Part shown: positions 13,001-25,440 of the stretch, piece after piece
Layout of the letters: every line of letters starts with the position of its first letter
Position numbering within the stretch: position 1 is the stretch's first letter
Source of the DNA: Salisapilia sapeloensis CBS 127946
Taxonomy: Eukaryota > Protista > Oomycota
DNA: 44,527 nt
Reading direction: 5' to 3'
Assembly (NCBI GenBank): GCA_023334545.1
Contig: JAADVB010000157.1
Span: 1-44,527, forward strand
Notes under the pieces: generated by a model
What the model was told of the DNA's origin: nothing
What the model saw: the letters and a program-made list of their open reading frames with translations, nothing else
Database searches by the model: none
Position numbers and translations under genes: made by a program

Positions 13001-16000
13001 ACAGTGAACTACGACGTGGTAGTCAAGAGATTGCGCTCTGGAGCATGTACGGTGGTGGCAGGTTCTCTGACACAATCATTGCGACTGTCGTGCCGCGATA
13101 CATTTTGATCAATCGGACGAAGCAGACGATCAAGTATCGACAATCTGGTGTACCACAGACACATCACTTAAAGTCAGATGAAGTGCTTCCGTTCCATTGG
13201 CCAAGTGCTTCGAGAGATAAACTACTGGAAGTGACGTTGCTGCATAAATTCACTTGGAGCGGATGCTTCCGTATCAATTCACTCGGAACGACATACCTCA
13301 AGCTGCGTGAAAGTGGGAATCGAGCACACATTTACATCCTTCAGTGCCAGATCGAAATGATTGGAGGCTCTGTCGCACTTGTGTTCCGTGAAGAGTCTCG
13401 TCGCTTCCCTCCGTATCGTATCGACAACATGACGTCCTTCCGTATCAAGTTCAAACAGTCGAGTTGGGGTCAACCGTCGGACTTTGACGAGATTCCACCT
13501 CGGACGTCTACTCCGTATGCTTGGGACTTCCTAGATGCACCAGACAAGTCTTCCATGTCGTTAACGTCAAGTCAAGACCCGAACTTCCCTGTTATCTCTA
13601 GTTCAACATCTGCACGAGCTCTCGAAGTCCGATTTATGCGTGTCACGTCATCCACATCGATTGACAGCGGATCGGATAAGGATATCGTCGAGACTCGAGA
13701 GTATAATCTAGACAAGATGGCTTCTCACCGTCGCATCCAACTGCATCGATCACTTCCGTCTCAGCTGTTTGTTAAACCGGACTTGGAAGGCTACTTGCTG
13801 AAGAAGGACAATGTCCTCAAGTGGAACAAAAAGTACTTTAGATTATACGATCGGATCGTGTATTACTTTGCTAGTGACAAGGACCAGGAGCTGCTTGGTG
13901 TCATTGATCTTCGGTCTGGTTCGAATATGTCTGGCGCTGGGGGTGTGGCTATCTTTGAGAAAGCTGCGGAGGCTACTTCAAAAGGATTCTTGTCGATCAA
14001 TGGCTTTGTCTCTTCGACCTTTGGATCGATCTTTGGTACGAACTCGACAGCAAGATCACGACAGGATGAGAGTAATGAGATGGACGCTGAGAATGCTCGG
14101 ACAATTAGTCTCGTTCAGCATGCTGTGGCTCTGACGCAGTCGAGTATTCTATGTGAAGCCTCGGAGAACTTTGTTGGAGATGTGATGGCCACACGACGTC
14201 CGACAAGTGTTCCTATTAGTCAGAAAGGTTTTTATGTGAATGGAGAGGATCTAGTAGACTTCCTCGGACGAGAGATGGGCGTGTCGACGAGTAGTCAAGC
14301 TTCTGTAGCCGCACAGGACATGCTTGATCTAGGAATTCTGAAAGCTGTGGAGTTTGTCGACAGAAATAGTACAGGTTCTCGAAAGAGATCTGACTCCATA
14401 GCCTTTACAGAGTCGAAGCGTGCGTGGTACAGCATCGACTCTATCAACTTGGCTGTGGACGATGACTCGCTTGATTCGGAAGATAGCTACTCTACGACTC
14501 ATTCCATGTCAAAAAGTCAATTGTCCTCTTCTCAAAAGACGGAAACCACTGCATCCTCATCACAGTTCTCTATCATCACACCGACGAAAGTATATGAGCT
14601 CAAGGCCAAGTCTTCTCGACAAGCCAAGATGTGGATCCGCAAGTTGCGAAAGGCAGTGCGCGATAGTCAGCTGCAGAATGGAGCAAGTAACAATGCGTCT
14701 GATGATGGAGATGAAACTGCTTCGACTGTCACTTCTCGAACGACTCGTAGTGTAGCATCCAAGTCTAGATCCTACGTACAGACTGCCAAGACATATGTAA
14801 ACGTTCGTGTTCGAGCTGATGGACCGACGAAAGTCCTGGAGCTATTGGAAGGTGGAGAAGAAGACTTTGAAGACAAGGAAGGTAGTCGAAGTGAACCATC
14901 GAGTGTCTCGTCGACCTCTCCACATGCAGGTGAAGCGGCAGTGCGTCCGTCGTCACTTCCATTCCAAAACGGACTGTCGATACATGTACACATGGAGGGT
15001 TTTGGCATATCATGTGTCAATGAAGTACCAGTGGAACTTGTCTATGCTTATGTCGGTGGCATCAATGCGCACTACTCGAGGTTTAATGGGAAGATGCGGT
15101 TTAATCTGACTTTTGACAACATTCAAATGGATAACCAGACACCTGACGCGACGTTCCCCAAGCTCCTATGTCCGCGTATCGTAGCCAAGAGTACTGACAA
15201 GGCAAATGGCGACCAGGATGACGAGTCGATAGCACTTGCAGATAATAGCGAGATCTCAGTCACGAATGAAAGCGCTGAAGAGGGAGGTACAGGTATGATG
15301 GAAGACCAGAATGTGTTCATATGTGCCGACTGCAAATACCGTCAGTCGAATATCGCTGCTCTTCATTTTTGCTGCACTTGGTCGAATGAACAAGGCGCGA
15401 CAGACTACTTTGAGCACTGTTCATTCTGGCTGTATCCGATGATTACACAGTTGGATGAAGAGCTCCTTGTATCGTTGCGTAGTTTCACTCAAGCTCTAGC
15501 CATGTCTGCTGGGCAATTAAAGACACAGAATCGTGGTGGTGAAATACGTCTAAAGAGCGTTCCGATTGAAACGATGAAAGAAGCACTGTCAGAGTTTACG
15601 GACAACACCACGAGTGAAGACCTGAATCCGTTAAAGAGTCTTGGCGCCTATTCCGATACGTCCACTTCCTCGGCAGAAGCGAGAAAAGTTTACTTTGCGT
15701 TGCTTCATATTCATCCGATCGAATTCGATATTACTTTCCGCAGCGACGTCTTTCAGACAACGACCGCCGCGACGGTCACGTCGTTGCTCGAGTCCAAAGC
15801 AGAGGGCATTGTAACTGGACAAGATGGAACCATCACTGTGTCGGCTCGCATTGATCCTATCAAGGCACAGTCCGACTCAGAAATAGCTGCGTCGTGGGCT
15901 ATTCCTAGTCTCGCAATGCACGTACCTGACTTGGACAATGCTCCCTTACGTCTGAACGCGTTGATGATCGAGCATGCATTTGGTACCAGTGGCGACCTCG

Positions 16001-18003
16001 TTGGACGCGTCACAAAGTACTACACTCGACAGCTCTGGCGTCAACTGCACAAGATCATGGGTTCGTTCGACTTCTTGGGCAATCCTGTCGGGTTCTTAGA
16101 TCACATCGGTACCGGTGTACGAGACTTTGTCTACGAGCCACTTGAAGGACTCAAGGTGGGAGGCAAGGGGCTTAGTCGTGGACTTGCAAAAGGCACAGCG
16201 AGTCTCGTGTCGAATACGGTGGACGGTACCGTTAACGTTGTGAGTAAAATCTCCGGAACGTTTGGACAAGGACTAGCGACAATGAGTCTTGATGACCATT
16301 ACCAACAGATTCGAGCTCGAGCAAGAAGGCGGCATGTCCGAGGTATCAAGGAAGGACTCGCACAGGGGTCACGTGAGCTTGGACTCGGTGTCTATGAAGG
16401 TGTGACTGGGCTCGTGCTTGGACCTATGCGCGGCGTTCAGGAGAATGGTGCTATCGGCTTAGTCATGGGTACGATGACAGGCATCATCGGTCTACCGATG
16501 AAACCTGTAGCAGGTATCTTCGACTTTGCCTCACGTGCGACGCAGGGTGTACACAGTCGATCGCTTCATAGCGGCCGTGACATGCGACGAGTGCGACGTC
16601 CTCGAGTCTTTGGTCGTTATAATGAACTGACAATCTACAAGGAAGCAGACACGGTAGCACATGAACTCTTGCGGAAGACGGCGGGTGGTAAATTCGCTGA
16701 AGAGAAGATCGTCTTCTACTATAACATCGTGCAGATGGTCCCTGGGTCCATGCTTACGCAAGAAGCGCGAGAGAAGAAGGGCACAGGTAATAGTTCACGA
16801 GCGTTAGTGGATCCAAACAAGGCGAAGAAGAATGCCAAGTCGAAACGCAGGAAGAAACTCATGTACGAGGTGATCTTCTATAAGAAGAAGCTAGGATTAG
16901 ATCTCGAGACGGACTTTTACTGCGAAGATGTGACGGTCAAGTCTTTCACAGGAAAGAAGGACAGTATCACGATTGTCACCCAGATAGAAGCTGGCCAACG
17001 TGTACTAAAGGAAGGAGATGTCGTAATTGCTGTAGGAGACGTAGATGTCCGTGGTATTGGTTTCCACGAAACGCTTGCTTTGATGCGAGGTGCTGCGAGA
17101 CCGGTCAAGATAGCATTTGAAAGTCTGGAAGAAGTGACGAGCAAAAAGAAGGAGAAGGAAGCAAAGGATAGAGCTGGAAATGCCAGTCTCGAGTCTGTTG
17201 ATAATGAACTTGCTGTCCAGTTGGAGCACTGGCTCATCGTAACGGAGCAACGTGCTTTATACGTCAATGTCGGGTCGTATGCTAAGCCACAGGTCGAGTG
17301 GATGACACCTTTGAGGTACATCTACGATGTCGATTGGACACCGGACTCAGATGCTGTGTCGCTTCGCTTAAGCGTCGGTGTTGATAGTCTACCTGCAGGT
17401 CCTCAATTACTTCCGACTACGTCGTTGAAAGTTGTGGATGCGCATGAAAAGGATATGAATGTCTTCCTGAATGTCATGTGGCACAGCTTTAACTCTGCTA
17501 TCGCAGAGGAACAGGAGCTCTGGCCGTCCGACACGACTGTCAACAGCTACTTGCTCAAGAAAGGTGGCTTCACAACGGTCCGGCGGTGGTTTGTGCTGAA
17601 CCGGAGGTGTTTATACTACTTCTCGACCAAGAAAGAGCTTCGAGGTATCATACCGTTGGGTGACGTACTGGTTGAGACGGATGACAAACCGGATGCACTA
17701 TCACTTCGTATCTCGAATGCATCAATGCACCAGCCGTTGATCATGCTGCAGATGGATGGTGGTCAGCTTGTTGAGCGTGTGCAGAAAGACATGGTCCTGC
17801 AGGCACATAACAAGAAAGAGTTCAAGATGTGGGAAACGTCATTGGCGAAAGTAACTGGAAAGACAAACTACAGTGCTCGGAATAAGCGATCAAAGGCTTC
17901 CAAGTTGGAGATTGGATGTAGGTCGACGCCAGAGGAAGTCGTTGCGCCACTTGTGGGCGCACTTCAGAAAGCTATTGAGGTGTTTAACACAAAGAGACCA
18001 TAA
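4091..18003 (+). CDS. VPS13: VPS13-family bridge-like lipid transfer protein (~4600 aa) with added C2, PH, DEP-like and PDZ domains
   Basis: Exon 1 (4091-4549) encodes a Chorein-N start (MLQRAVAVLLQRLLGKVV..LRLSLWQGDL). The intron 4550-4608 (GTAGAT..GCTAAC..TAG) joins it in frame to exon 2 (4609-18003). VPS13 hallmarks: FNYFNNSIYRWEPLIEPF, PFWIENRTG, VVPRYILINRT, PYRIDNMT, PYAWD, LHIHPIEFDITF, GSFDFLGNPVG and a Gly-rich ATG2_C-like region. Confidence 0.95.
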
Positions 18004-18351
18004 ACGTAGTTGTGCTTTCAAATCAAGTCCTTGAACGTAAGACTAGCTATCTATAAGAACATAAGATTGCTCTGCCTGTGCTGTGGTAATCTAGTTTTCG
18101 CTTCTACAGAACATTTTTTAGTATAAATGAACTGTAAGACTATCTAAGAATCTTGTAAGTGACTTCTTTTGGTTTATAATGAATTTATGGAGCTAGTCTG
18201 TATTTATGATTGTCGAGTGGCAGGTAGACAAGTAATTACCCTGGAGAAAGAGGTACAGAAATCGCAACTTGAATCCAAGTATCGATGGCTAAAATGTTGC
18301 ACGAACGTCTTCCGAGACGCGAATAAGAAGTTTTCAAGCGTAGTACTCCTC

Positions 18352-19478
18352 ATGGAAGTCTGCGGTGTTTGTCGACGTTCTCGTCATGAATTGTCATGTC
18401 CAGACTGCGTAGCAAAGCAACTGCAGAAACGAAAAGTCATGGTAGCTGGATTACAAGCGGATGTCGCGGTCTTACGCAAGAAAGCGTACACTCAATTGCG
18501 GGTATGTCTATCCTTGAACCGTGCTCTGCATATATCGCTTACGAATTGCATCGCAGTCAAGAGATGAGATTTTACAAGAAGAAGCAGCTTTGGCGAAACG
18601 TATGAAAGAAGTCGAAGCTCTTACAGCTCAAGTGCTTCGTACTCGTGAACAACTTTGTTCAGGTACTACGATGCATATCCGTCTACTTTATTATGTTTGC
18701 ATTGATAAACATTTATCATTAGAACGGATTGCCGTCGTGGAACAGACGTCTCGCTTGGAAAATATATCAGAGGATCTGGAGGATGTCCAAGACGGTCTAA
18801 AGAGTCAAAGCAATCGACCAGAAACAATTCATGCTCCCATCCTCCAGAGCCTTGATCTTCAGATTGAAGCTGCTCAAACCGTACCTTGTCTGCTTAGGGA
18901 ATACTGTCAGAAAGATGTCTAACTCGTGCTTTGTCTAGCATGCTGCAACGATTCGAGGTGACAAACTTCGAGAGCTTTTCGCTCTGTTCGCGCTTACACC
19001 TGATGATACTTCCAAGTACACTCGTACGATCATGTCTCTTCCTCTCCCAGTCTCCGGTATCTACGATCAAGTCCCACCAGAGGTAGTTTCCGCAGCTCTG
19101 GGTAAAATCATCCATTTGCTCCGTCTTGTATCTCCTCACCTCGGTCTATCGTTTCCCCATCCGATGGAGTTCGAAGGCTCTTTCTCGACCATCGGAAGCA
19201 CCAACGAAGGCGCCGGTTGCCACACTTTATATCCCGATGGTACATTAGGCTTCCATCGTGGTCTCCAAATGCTACGAGAGAACATCCATTTCTTCTGTCA
19301 GACACAAGGTGTCGCGCTGGAGAAACTCCATCCGACAGATATCCTCGGCAATCTCCTTCAAGCCTACGAATCTCCTGGCTTTGGTACCTACTTCCATCAA
19401 CACACCAAAACGTCTTCCAATGTCCATGAAAACGATGCGATGGACAATAGTACTGAAATCCTGCCGAACTATTCCTAA
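18352..19478 (+). CDS. ATG14-like (Atg14/UVRAG family) PI3K complex subunit, 4 exons
   Basis: Inferred exons 18352-18501, 18557-18662, 18723-18880, 18939-19478. The protein has an N-terminal CxxC-x8-CxxC (CGVCRRSRHELSCPDC), a long coiled coil, then IMSLPLP...EVVSAALGKIIHLLRLVSPHLGLSFPHP, typical of the Atg14/Vps38 domain. Confidence 0.75.
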
Positions 19479-19522
19479 TCAAAACAACTTCTTTGTGAGC
19501 AAACAAGCTTATTCTTTTAAAC

Positions 19523-20538
19523 CTATCCAAAGGGAGTGATGGGTGCAGTTGCAGTCGTCTGTTCCTCATGACTCAACTCGAGACATTGATGCTTGAGCGA
19601 AGACAATTTCTCTCGAATCAAATCCAAGGCACAGATGACTACTTCCTCCGGTCTCAACTGTCCTGTCGTTTCGACGGAAAAGATGAACTTATCCTCTCGC
19701 ATGCGAACGGTCACGGCTGCATCGTCCTCCGGATTGTCCTTGAACGTATTCGCGACACCCACACATTCCATGCAGTACATGCACCGCATCGGATCCGCGA
19801 CTGTCACCTGTTCGTAGTTCTCATCCGTCTCAAACACTTCTGTCGGACAGCTCTTGTATAACTCTGCCTTTTGTTCAGGAGCCAATGCCCCGAGAACAGC
19901 CTGGTTGAGGCTGATGATCGGGTCGTACATGAACGTCGCGACGGCCACTGGTGACCACTTGGCATGTTCCTTTCCGATTCCCTACATCCAATCTTGTTAG
20001 TACTAGTGCTCTGGTTATGTCGAGTATGAATTAGTACGAGTTTGGCGATGGCAGACAGCCGCAATCGTTGCCCAGGTCCGAGTTTCGTGATGATGACACC
20101 AGTGTCTTGCGTGTTATTCAGCTCTTCTTCCGAAGAAAAGCTTACAGGTTTAATGTATGGATCTTGAGACCGTAGATCTTCACTCGTGACCGATACAATG
20201 TCATTCGCAAGCACATCGAGTGTGAACTCGACGGAGCAATTGGGACAATGCTCGTCACAGTCACAATCTTGCGAATAGACAAATCGTTGACGGAAGTTGT
20301 CGAGACCGCCATCAAAGAACAGTGGGATCATACCAAGTCGGTGGGCTAGGAATTCATCCGTCATAACCGTCGTATTAATATCGATGGTCACGAGGTCAAT
20401 CGCTAATGTCGGTACTTCTGCGATCATGACTCGACGGAGGGCGTTCGCGACACTTGCATCCGTTTCAGCAAGCTCGAACTTGATGAAATCATCACGTAGT
20501 TCGAGTACATCGACCTTGGGAAACCGAGGATGAGGCAT
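19523..20538 (-). CDS. RPB3: RNA polymerase II subunit RPB3, 2 exons
   Basis: ANALRRVMIAEVPTLAID, DEFLAHRLGMIP and the zinc motif DCDCDEHCPNCSVEFTL are present. Intron 19982-20037 joins AIAKL to GIGKEHAKWSP. The C-terminus has FIFSVETTGQL. Confidence 0.96.
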
Positions 20539-20817
20539 CTTACGTCGAGACGGAGGAAAAAAGACCCGATATGGTTTTGGTGTTGGGCAAAGGTGTCCAG
20601 GCGTACTGTTACTGATATGTTAAACAAGACAAGCCAGCCTTCCAGTCGTCTCGTTTTATTAGGTATTCTGGAGGAAACGCCTCTTTCCTTCTAGGTGATA
20701 TGGAGCTATAGATATACTTTATTCAGGTGCGTAGAATGTGGTGGAAAGTAGGTGAATAAAGAGTGGAATGGTTTGGATTTGGTGATTAGATCTACGTGGA
20801 ATAGTCACTTGGTTCGA

Positions 20818-21801
20818 TTATAGTGAACCAAGAGGTCGACCTGTACCCCACGCGTACCCTCCGCCTGTATTCGCACCGCCTTGCCCTGGTTGCCGCGTTG
20901 CTCCAATGATGCTGGGACCTCCTGGCGCTTGGTCTTGCATCGGGAACATATTGACACTGTTTCCATCTCGTTCATTAGAAATAAATTCGACTTGTGAGGA
21001 TTAAAAGCATACAAGATGGAAGGTGTTTGGATGACGTTCCAGCCTTTTGTCTCGGGTAGTACTTCGAGTAAAAAGTAGTATAGATGTCCGGCGATGACAC
21101 CAAAAATGTCCATCATCGGGTTGCCACCCACCAATACCGTGAACGCAATCAATGCCCATGGTAGATATAGTCCTTGGAACTGGAAACCTACACGTTTACA
21201 CGTATTAGGCACTGTCAGTTGTTTTTACATGCAGGTTAAGTACCCCAGATGCTGACAGGAGCAGTCGGATTGCGACGACTCCAGACGTAGACCATCATGA
21301 AGATGAGAGGTGTACCGAGGAATGGTAATTGCATAAAGAATGCAACAATCTACTCGATATAACCACTTTCAGACATACTGTAACTATAATTCAAAAGATA
21401 TACTACATACCCATAAAACACAGGCACCAAAGAAGAGCATGAAGGCATAGTCGGCACTAGGATTGCCTCCACTCGGGAACGGGTCCTGTTCCAATCGACT
21501 AGAGTAGTTCGTCCTGTCATATTCCCACATCAGTGAAACACATATACGCCAGATACATAGCTACATCTTACAAGATCATGAGCTGCATGAGGAATGGGAA
21601 GCCAAAGCTGCCAAGGTAGATAAAGTTCGTCACGAGCCGCCAGAGATGGAATTTGTACCAGATCAGACCGAAATCGAGGTACAGCGACACGGGATCAATA
21701 AGACCAACGGCAGAAAGCAATGTCGTAAGTAGACATGCCGTCAAGTAGTTGCGTGTAACTACTGGAAGCGAATAATACCAATCCTCGATACCTTGTGCCA
21801 T
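20818..21801 (-). CDS. Derlin (Der1-like ERAD rhomboid pseudoprotease), multi-exon
   Basis: MAQGIEDWYYSLPVVTR..., LWRLVTNFIY, RLEQDPFPSG, MVYVWSRRNP, FQFQGLYLPWALIAF and GHLYYFL. Ends with the SHP-box-like GGGYAWGTGRPLGSL and TAA at 20818-20820. Confidence 0.9.
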
Positions 21802-21906
21802 GGTACGCGTCGCTCTGTCCAGATTCTTGTCGGTCCAGAAAGAATGCTCTCTTCGACTTTATATAGTGAGACAATCTGATTACACCAAGTAGCAAATCAA
21901 GTGTCA

Positions 21907-22724
21907 ATGGGGGACGTCGAGGGAGCTCTACGAGGAGCAGAGGCGCACTCCAAGCCTCGCCGAGCAGTGTACTTGACCGGGTTTGGCAAATTTGGAGATA
22001 TTGAAGAGAATCCTACGACGGAATTGGTGCAAGAACTAGCTGACGATGTGAACGTCACGGAGGCCGTCGTGCTCGAGACGTCTGCAGGAGGTAAGTCGTT
22101 GTTTAGTAGTGCTGTGATCCTCTTTATAATTTTTTATGTGCAGGGTCGATGGAGATGTTGCAGCCATTGCGTGAAAAAGCAGAGGTGTGCTCATTATGAT
22201 CGATTTTGATGCGTTTGAATGATGCTTAGAGGAAGTGTAGGCAGACTCCAACCCATGCATTTTTGTTCACTTGGGTGTAGCTGCCAGTGCGACAATGTTG
22301 CGGTTGGAACAGTGTGGCTATAATGTTGCAGACTTTCGTATTCCAGACGAGCGAGGATGGCAAGCTGATAAGGAAGTGATCCTTGAAGGAGAAGAGAATG
22401 CTTTGGAAACGCATGTGCCGCTAGAGCATCTACTTCCGTTCTTGCAGGAGAAGTCGGATGTGCTCATGAAAATCTCGACAGACCCTGGGCGCTACATTTG
22501 CAACTACGTATACTTCCACTCTCTTGTCTGGGCCGAAAAGATGAAGACAAATGGTCGTGACAATGTAAGTTTCTAGTGACTTGTATCCTTGCTGTTGAGA
22601 TGACTGATGATGCATGCACTAGTGCCTAGCACTCTTCGTTCACGTGCCTCAGTTCACGGAGATATCGAAAGAGAATCAAGTGTCTGTCCTCCGCCTTCTC
22701 CTCGAATGGCTTTCTGCCCTTTAA
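21907..22724 (+). CDS. Pyroglutamyl-peptidase I (peptidase C15), 4 exons
   Basis: Inferred exons 21907-22090, 22144-22184, 22241-22564, 22623-22724. Motifs: VYLTGFGKF..NPT, FVHLGV, LEQCGYN (Glu), STDPGRYICNYVYF (Cys) and LFVHVP (His), giving a complete catalytic triad. Confidence 0.9.
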
Positions 22725-23229
22725 GACCAATACAAACAAGTCTTGTCTCGACATGTCATGTCAAAAGAATCTCCATACCAAGTACAAGTCTAAGCATCCG
22801 ACGACGTCTATCACAGTATGAAAGGGATATGAAAACGAATTCATTTGATTGGATGCACTCGCCCAATCGACTCTTTCCAGACCACTTTTATACTCCTTGA
22901 TTGGTAGAAAAGTAAGGCTCGATTTTGACTGGAGCTAACTCGACGAAGGTCGTTCACATCGAGCAAACGCAGGCGAGACACACGAGTGGCTTTCGACGCT
23001 ACTCGTTCCATATACTTCATCAAGCGTACGCAATTCACTTGAGCTTCTATTCTGCGCGTGCAAGCCTGCTGCGGCCATGTCGACACGATCCTTGAGGTTT
23101 CTCAGAGTCGTGGACGGCCACTGGAGTGCCAAGCGCCATAACACTAGCCACATCGTAACGCTACTACGTCCATAGGCGACACAGACCTCTTGTACTAGAC
23201 ACACCTAGCACACTCTATCCTTATCGATC

Positions 23230-25167
23230 ATGAGTGCCGAAGTTGCAACGAGTGCGACTCCAACGGACAAGCCGACGCAACCCCTCGGTACGTCTAGTGT
23301 CCATTCCGTGCCATTGGCATTATCCATTGCATCCTCTACACAATATACTCATGTGCATATCTAGTCGGTGAAGAGCTCAAGCAAGCATTGAAGAAGCAAG
23401 TCGAGTTTTACTTTTCGAAAGGCAATCTAGCGAATGACGCATTCCTCGTCTCGCAAATGAACTCGCAAATGTACGTTTTCAAGTGTCTATTTGACTTTAT
23501 CCAATATACTAAAGTGTCTTCTGTAGGTACGTTCCAGTGGAAACCATCCTCAGCTTTTCTAAGATCCAGGAAATGACGACGGATGGCAATTTGCTCTTGG
23601 ATGCCATCTCCGATTCGACCGTAAGTGGTCTTCTTTCTCTCTTCCTCAATTCCATATGCCCCCCACGACGACCAAGTCATGTCGATAAAATCATATTGGA
23701 GTGATCGATGGGTCGCGAATTGAGGCATATAAACACTTTACGTCGCACGTACCCTTGCATCTATCCACGACATATAGTATGCAAAAAAGTTGAACGACCG
23801 ACATCTAACTCTATTTCTACCAACAGGTCTGCTCTGTCAATGAGACCAAGGACGCGATTAAACCCAACATCAAGTCGGAGCGGAACACGATCATCTTGCG
23901 TGAAATCCCGTCGTCGACAGATCCGTCGGAAGTCGAGAAGATTTTCGAAGGCAGTCCTGTCAAGGAAGTCCGCAGTGATGTCGGCGACACGTGGTTTGTC
24001 ACCATGGACTCGGAAGACGCCGCAGTCCAGACGCTGCTCAACCTCCGCAGCAAAACCTTCAATAACGCACCGATCAAGGCGCGTCTCAAGTCCGAGAACA
24101 TCCTCCGGTCCTTCTACCCGTCGCAGCCGTCCGACAACACGGCTCCAGTGAACCCGAATGCCGTCGGAGGCAGTGGACCGGTCGTGAGCGCAGCCCAGAC
24201 GACCGCGTACGGTCCGAGAGGCTACTACGGCGCTGCACCAATGGGATATTATGAGGTGCAGAGCACGTACGGCAACCAGTATAACATGCAGCGAGGTCCT
24301 CGATCTCAAGGCTACAATGGCCGCGGCGGCCGCGGCGGATTCCGTGGCCGTGGCTACCAGGCGAATGCCAATGGACAGCCGCGAGAAGGTCGCAACAAGT
24401 CCAACAGCTTTGACCAGCGCAGTGGTCGCGGGAAGAAGCAGGACAAGAAGGGAAAGGGATCGCCTGCACCCAAGCGTAGCGACAAGCAGCCAGTGCTGAA
24501 CGCTGCCAACTTCCCACCGCTTCCAACCGCGGCGGAGAAGGCGGCGGACGCGAGCGAGATCACGTACCAGTACGCGCATGACGACATTATGGAGATTGTC
24601 AAGCACATGGACGAGAGCGAGTTGGAGCTGCCAGCGGGTAAGATGGACTATGCTGCCCACGACGCGGCCTTGACATCGGTCGCGCACCCGGACTTGCTTA
24701 AGAACCAGCGTACGTACAGTATCGAGCAGGCGCGTGAAGCCATGCGTCAGGGACGACCTGTGCGTAGTGACTCGGTTGGCTCCGCGGACTACGAGAGCAT
24801 GATGTACGGTGAGGACTACACGCGTGAAGCTCGTGCGGCTCGTAGTCAGGAGAAGCCTGCGGAGAAGCAGGAAGAGGTCAAGACGGAAGCTGCCCCGAAG
24901 GAAGAGAAGACGACGGGATATGCGAATGCTGTCATCAACGGTACTCCTGCGTCTCCTCCTCAGGGGAAGAAGACGGAGAAGACGGAGAAGAGTGACAAGG
25001 TTGAAAAGACCGAAAAGACCGAGAAGAAGGTTGAAAAGAAGGAGAAGAAGAGCGAGAAGAAGGAAAAGAAGGAAAAGGTGGAAGCGCCTAAGGGTGCGTG
25101 GGGTGGTCGCAACTTTTTGGATGTAGTCAAGTCGGAACCGACTGGCGATGACAAGGAGAGCAACTGA
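23230..25167 (+). CDS. La-related protein, LARP4-like (La motif + RRM), 4 exons
   Basis: Inferred exons 23230-23287, 23365-23470, 23527-23620, 23827-25167. La motif LKKQVEFYFSKGNLANDAFLVSQM..YVPV; RRM RNTIILREIP..WFVTMDSEDAA..IKARLK; then an RGG tract, an NFPPLP motif and a Lys/Glu-rich tail. Confidence 0.88.
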
Positions 25168-25440
25168 TCTGGATTTTGACAAGCAGCAAAGGTGGTGGGG
25201 GTGTTCTATTTTCTTTTTCTTTTTCCTTTCATACAGGCGAGGTGCAATGGAACGATAGGAAAGAAAAGAAACAGTATGGTCGAATGGACATGGAGAGGAT
25301 AGATGCAAGGTAGGACGAGAGACGAAAAAGGATGAAAAACAAGAAAAAGTAGAAAACAAGAAAAAACCAACAAAAAAGTTTACATGTGTAAATGGTCTTT
25401 GGAGGAACGCTTCTTATGGTAACTTGGAGAGAATGGAAAC

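Noticed and set aside
5157-17321. Many 60-140 aa ORFs nested in or antisense to VPS13 (likewise within RME-8 and Kir)
   Set aside because: These are expected by chance inside very long coding regions and have no domain signatures.
18169-18351. N-terminal extension of the ATG14-like ORF
   Set aside because: It has a non-ATG start in an AT-rich intergenic stretch; the zinc-finger N-terminus starts at ATG 18352.
22841-23204. Two overlapping minus-strand ORFs (81 and 89 aa) and an open plus-strand frame in the PGP-LARP gap
   Set aside because: They start at non-ATG codons, carry no motif, and I could not build a consistent spliced model.
24950-25080. Short tandem GAAAAGACC/AAGAAG repeats as a possible repeat array or CRISPR
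   Set aside because: They are coding Lys/Glu/Thr low-complexity sequence with no repeat-spacer structure.
23761-25359. 532-aa minus-strand ORF
   Set aside because: It is the antisense shadow of the GC3-rich LARP4-like exon, has low-complexity Leu/Arg composition, and shows no recognisable domain.
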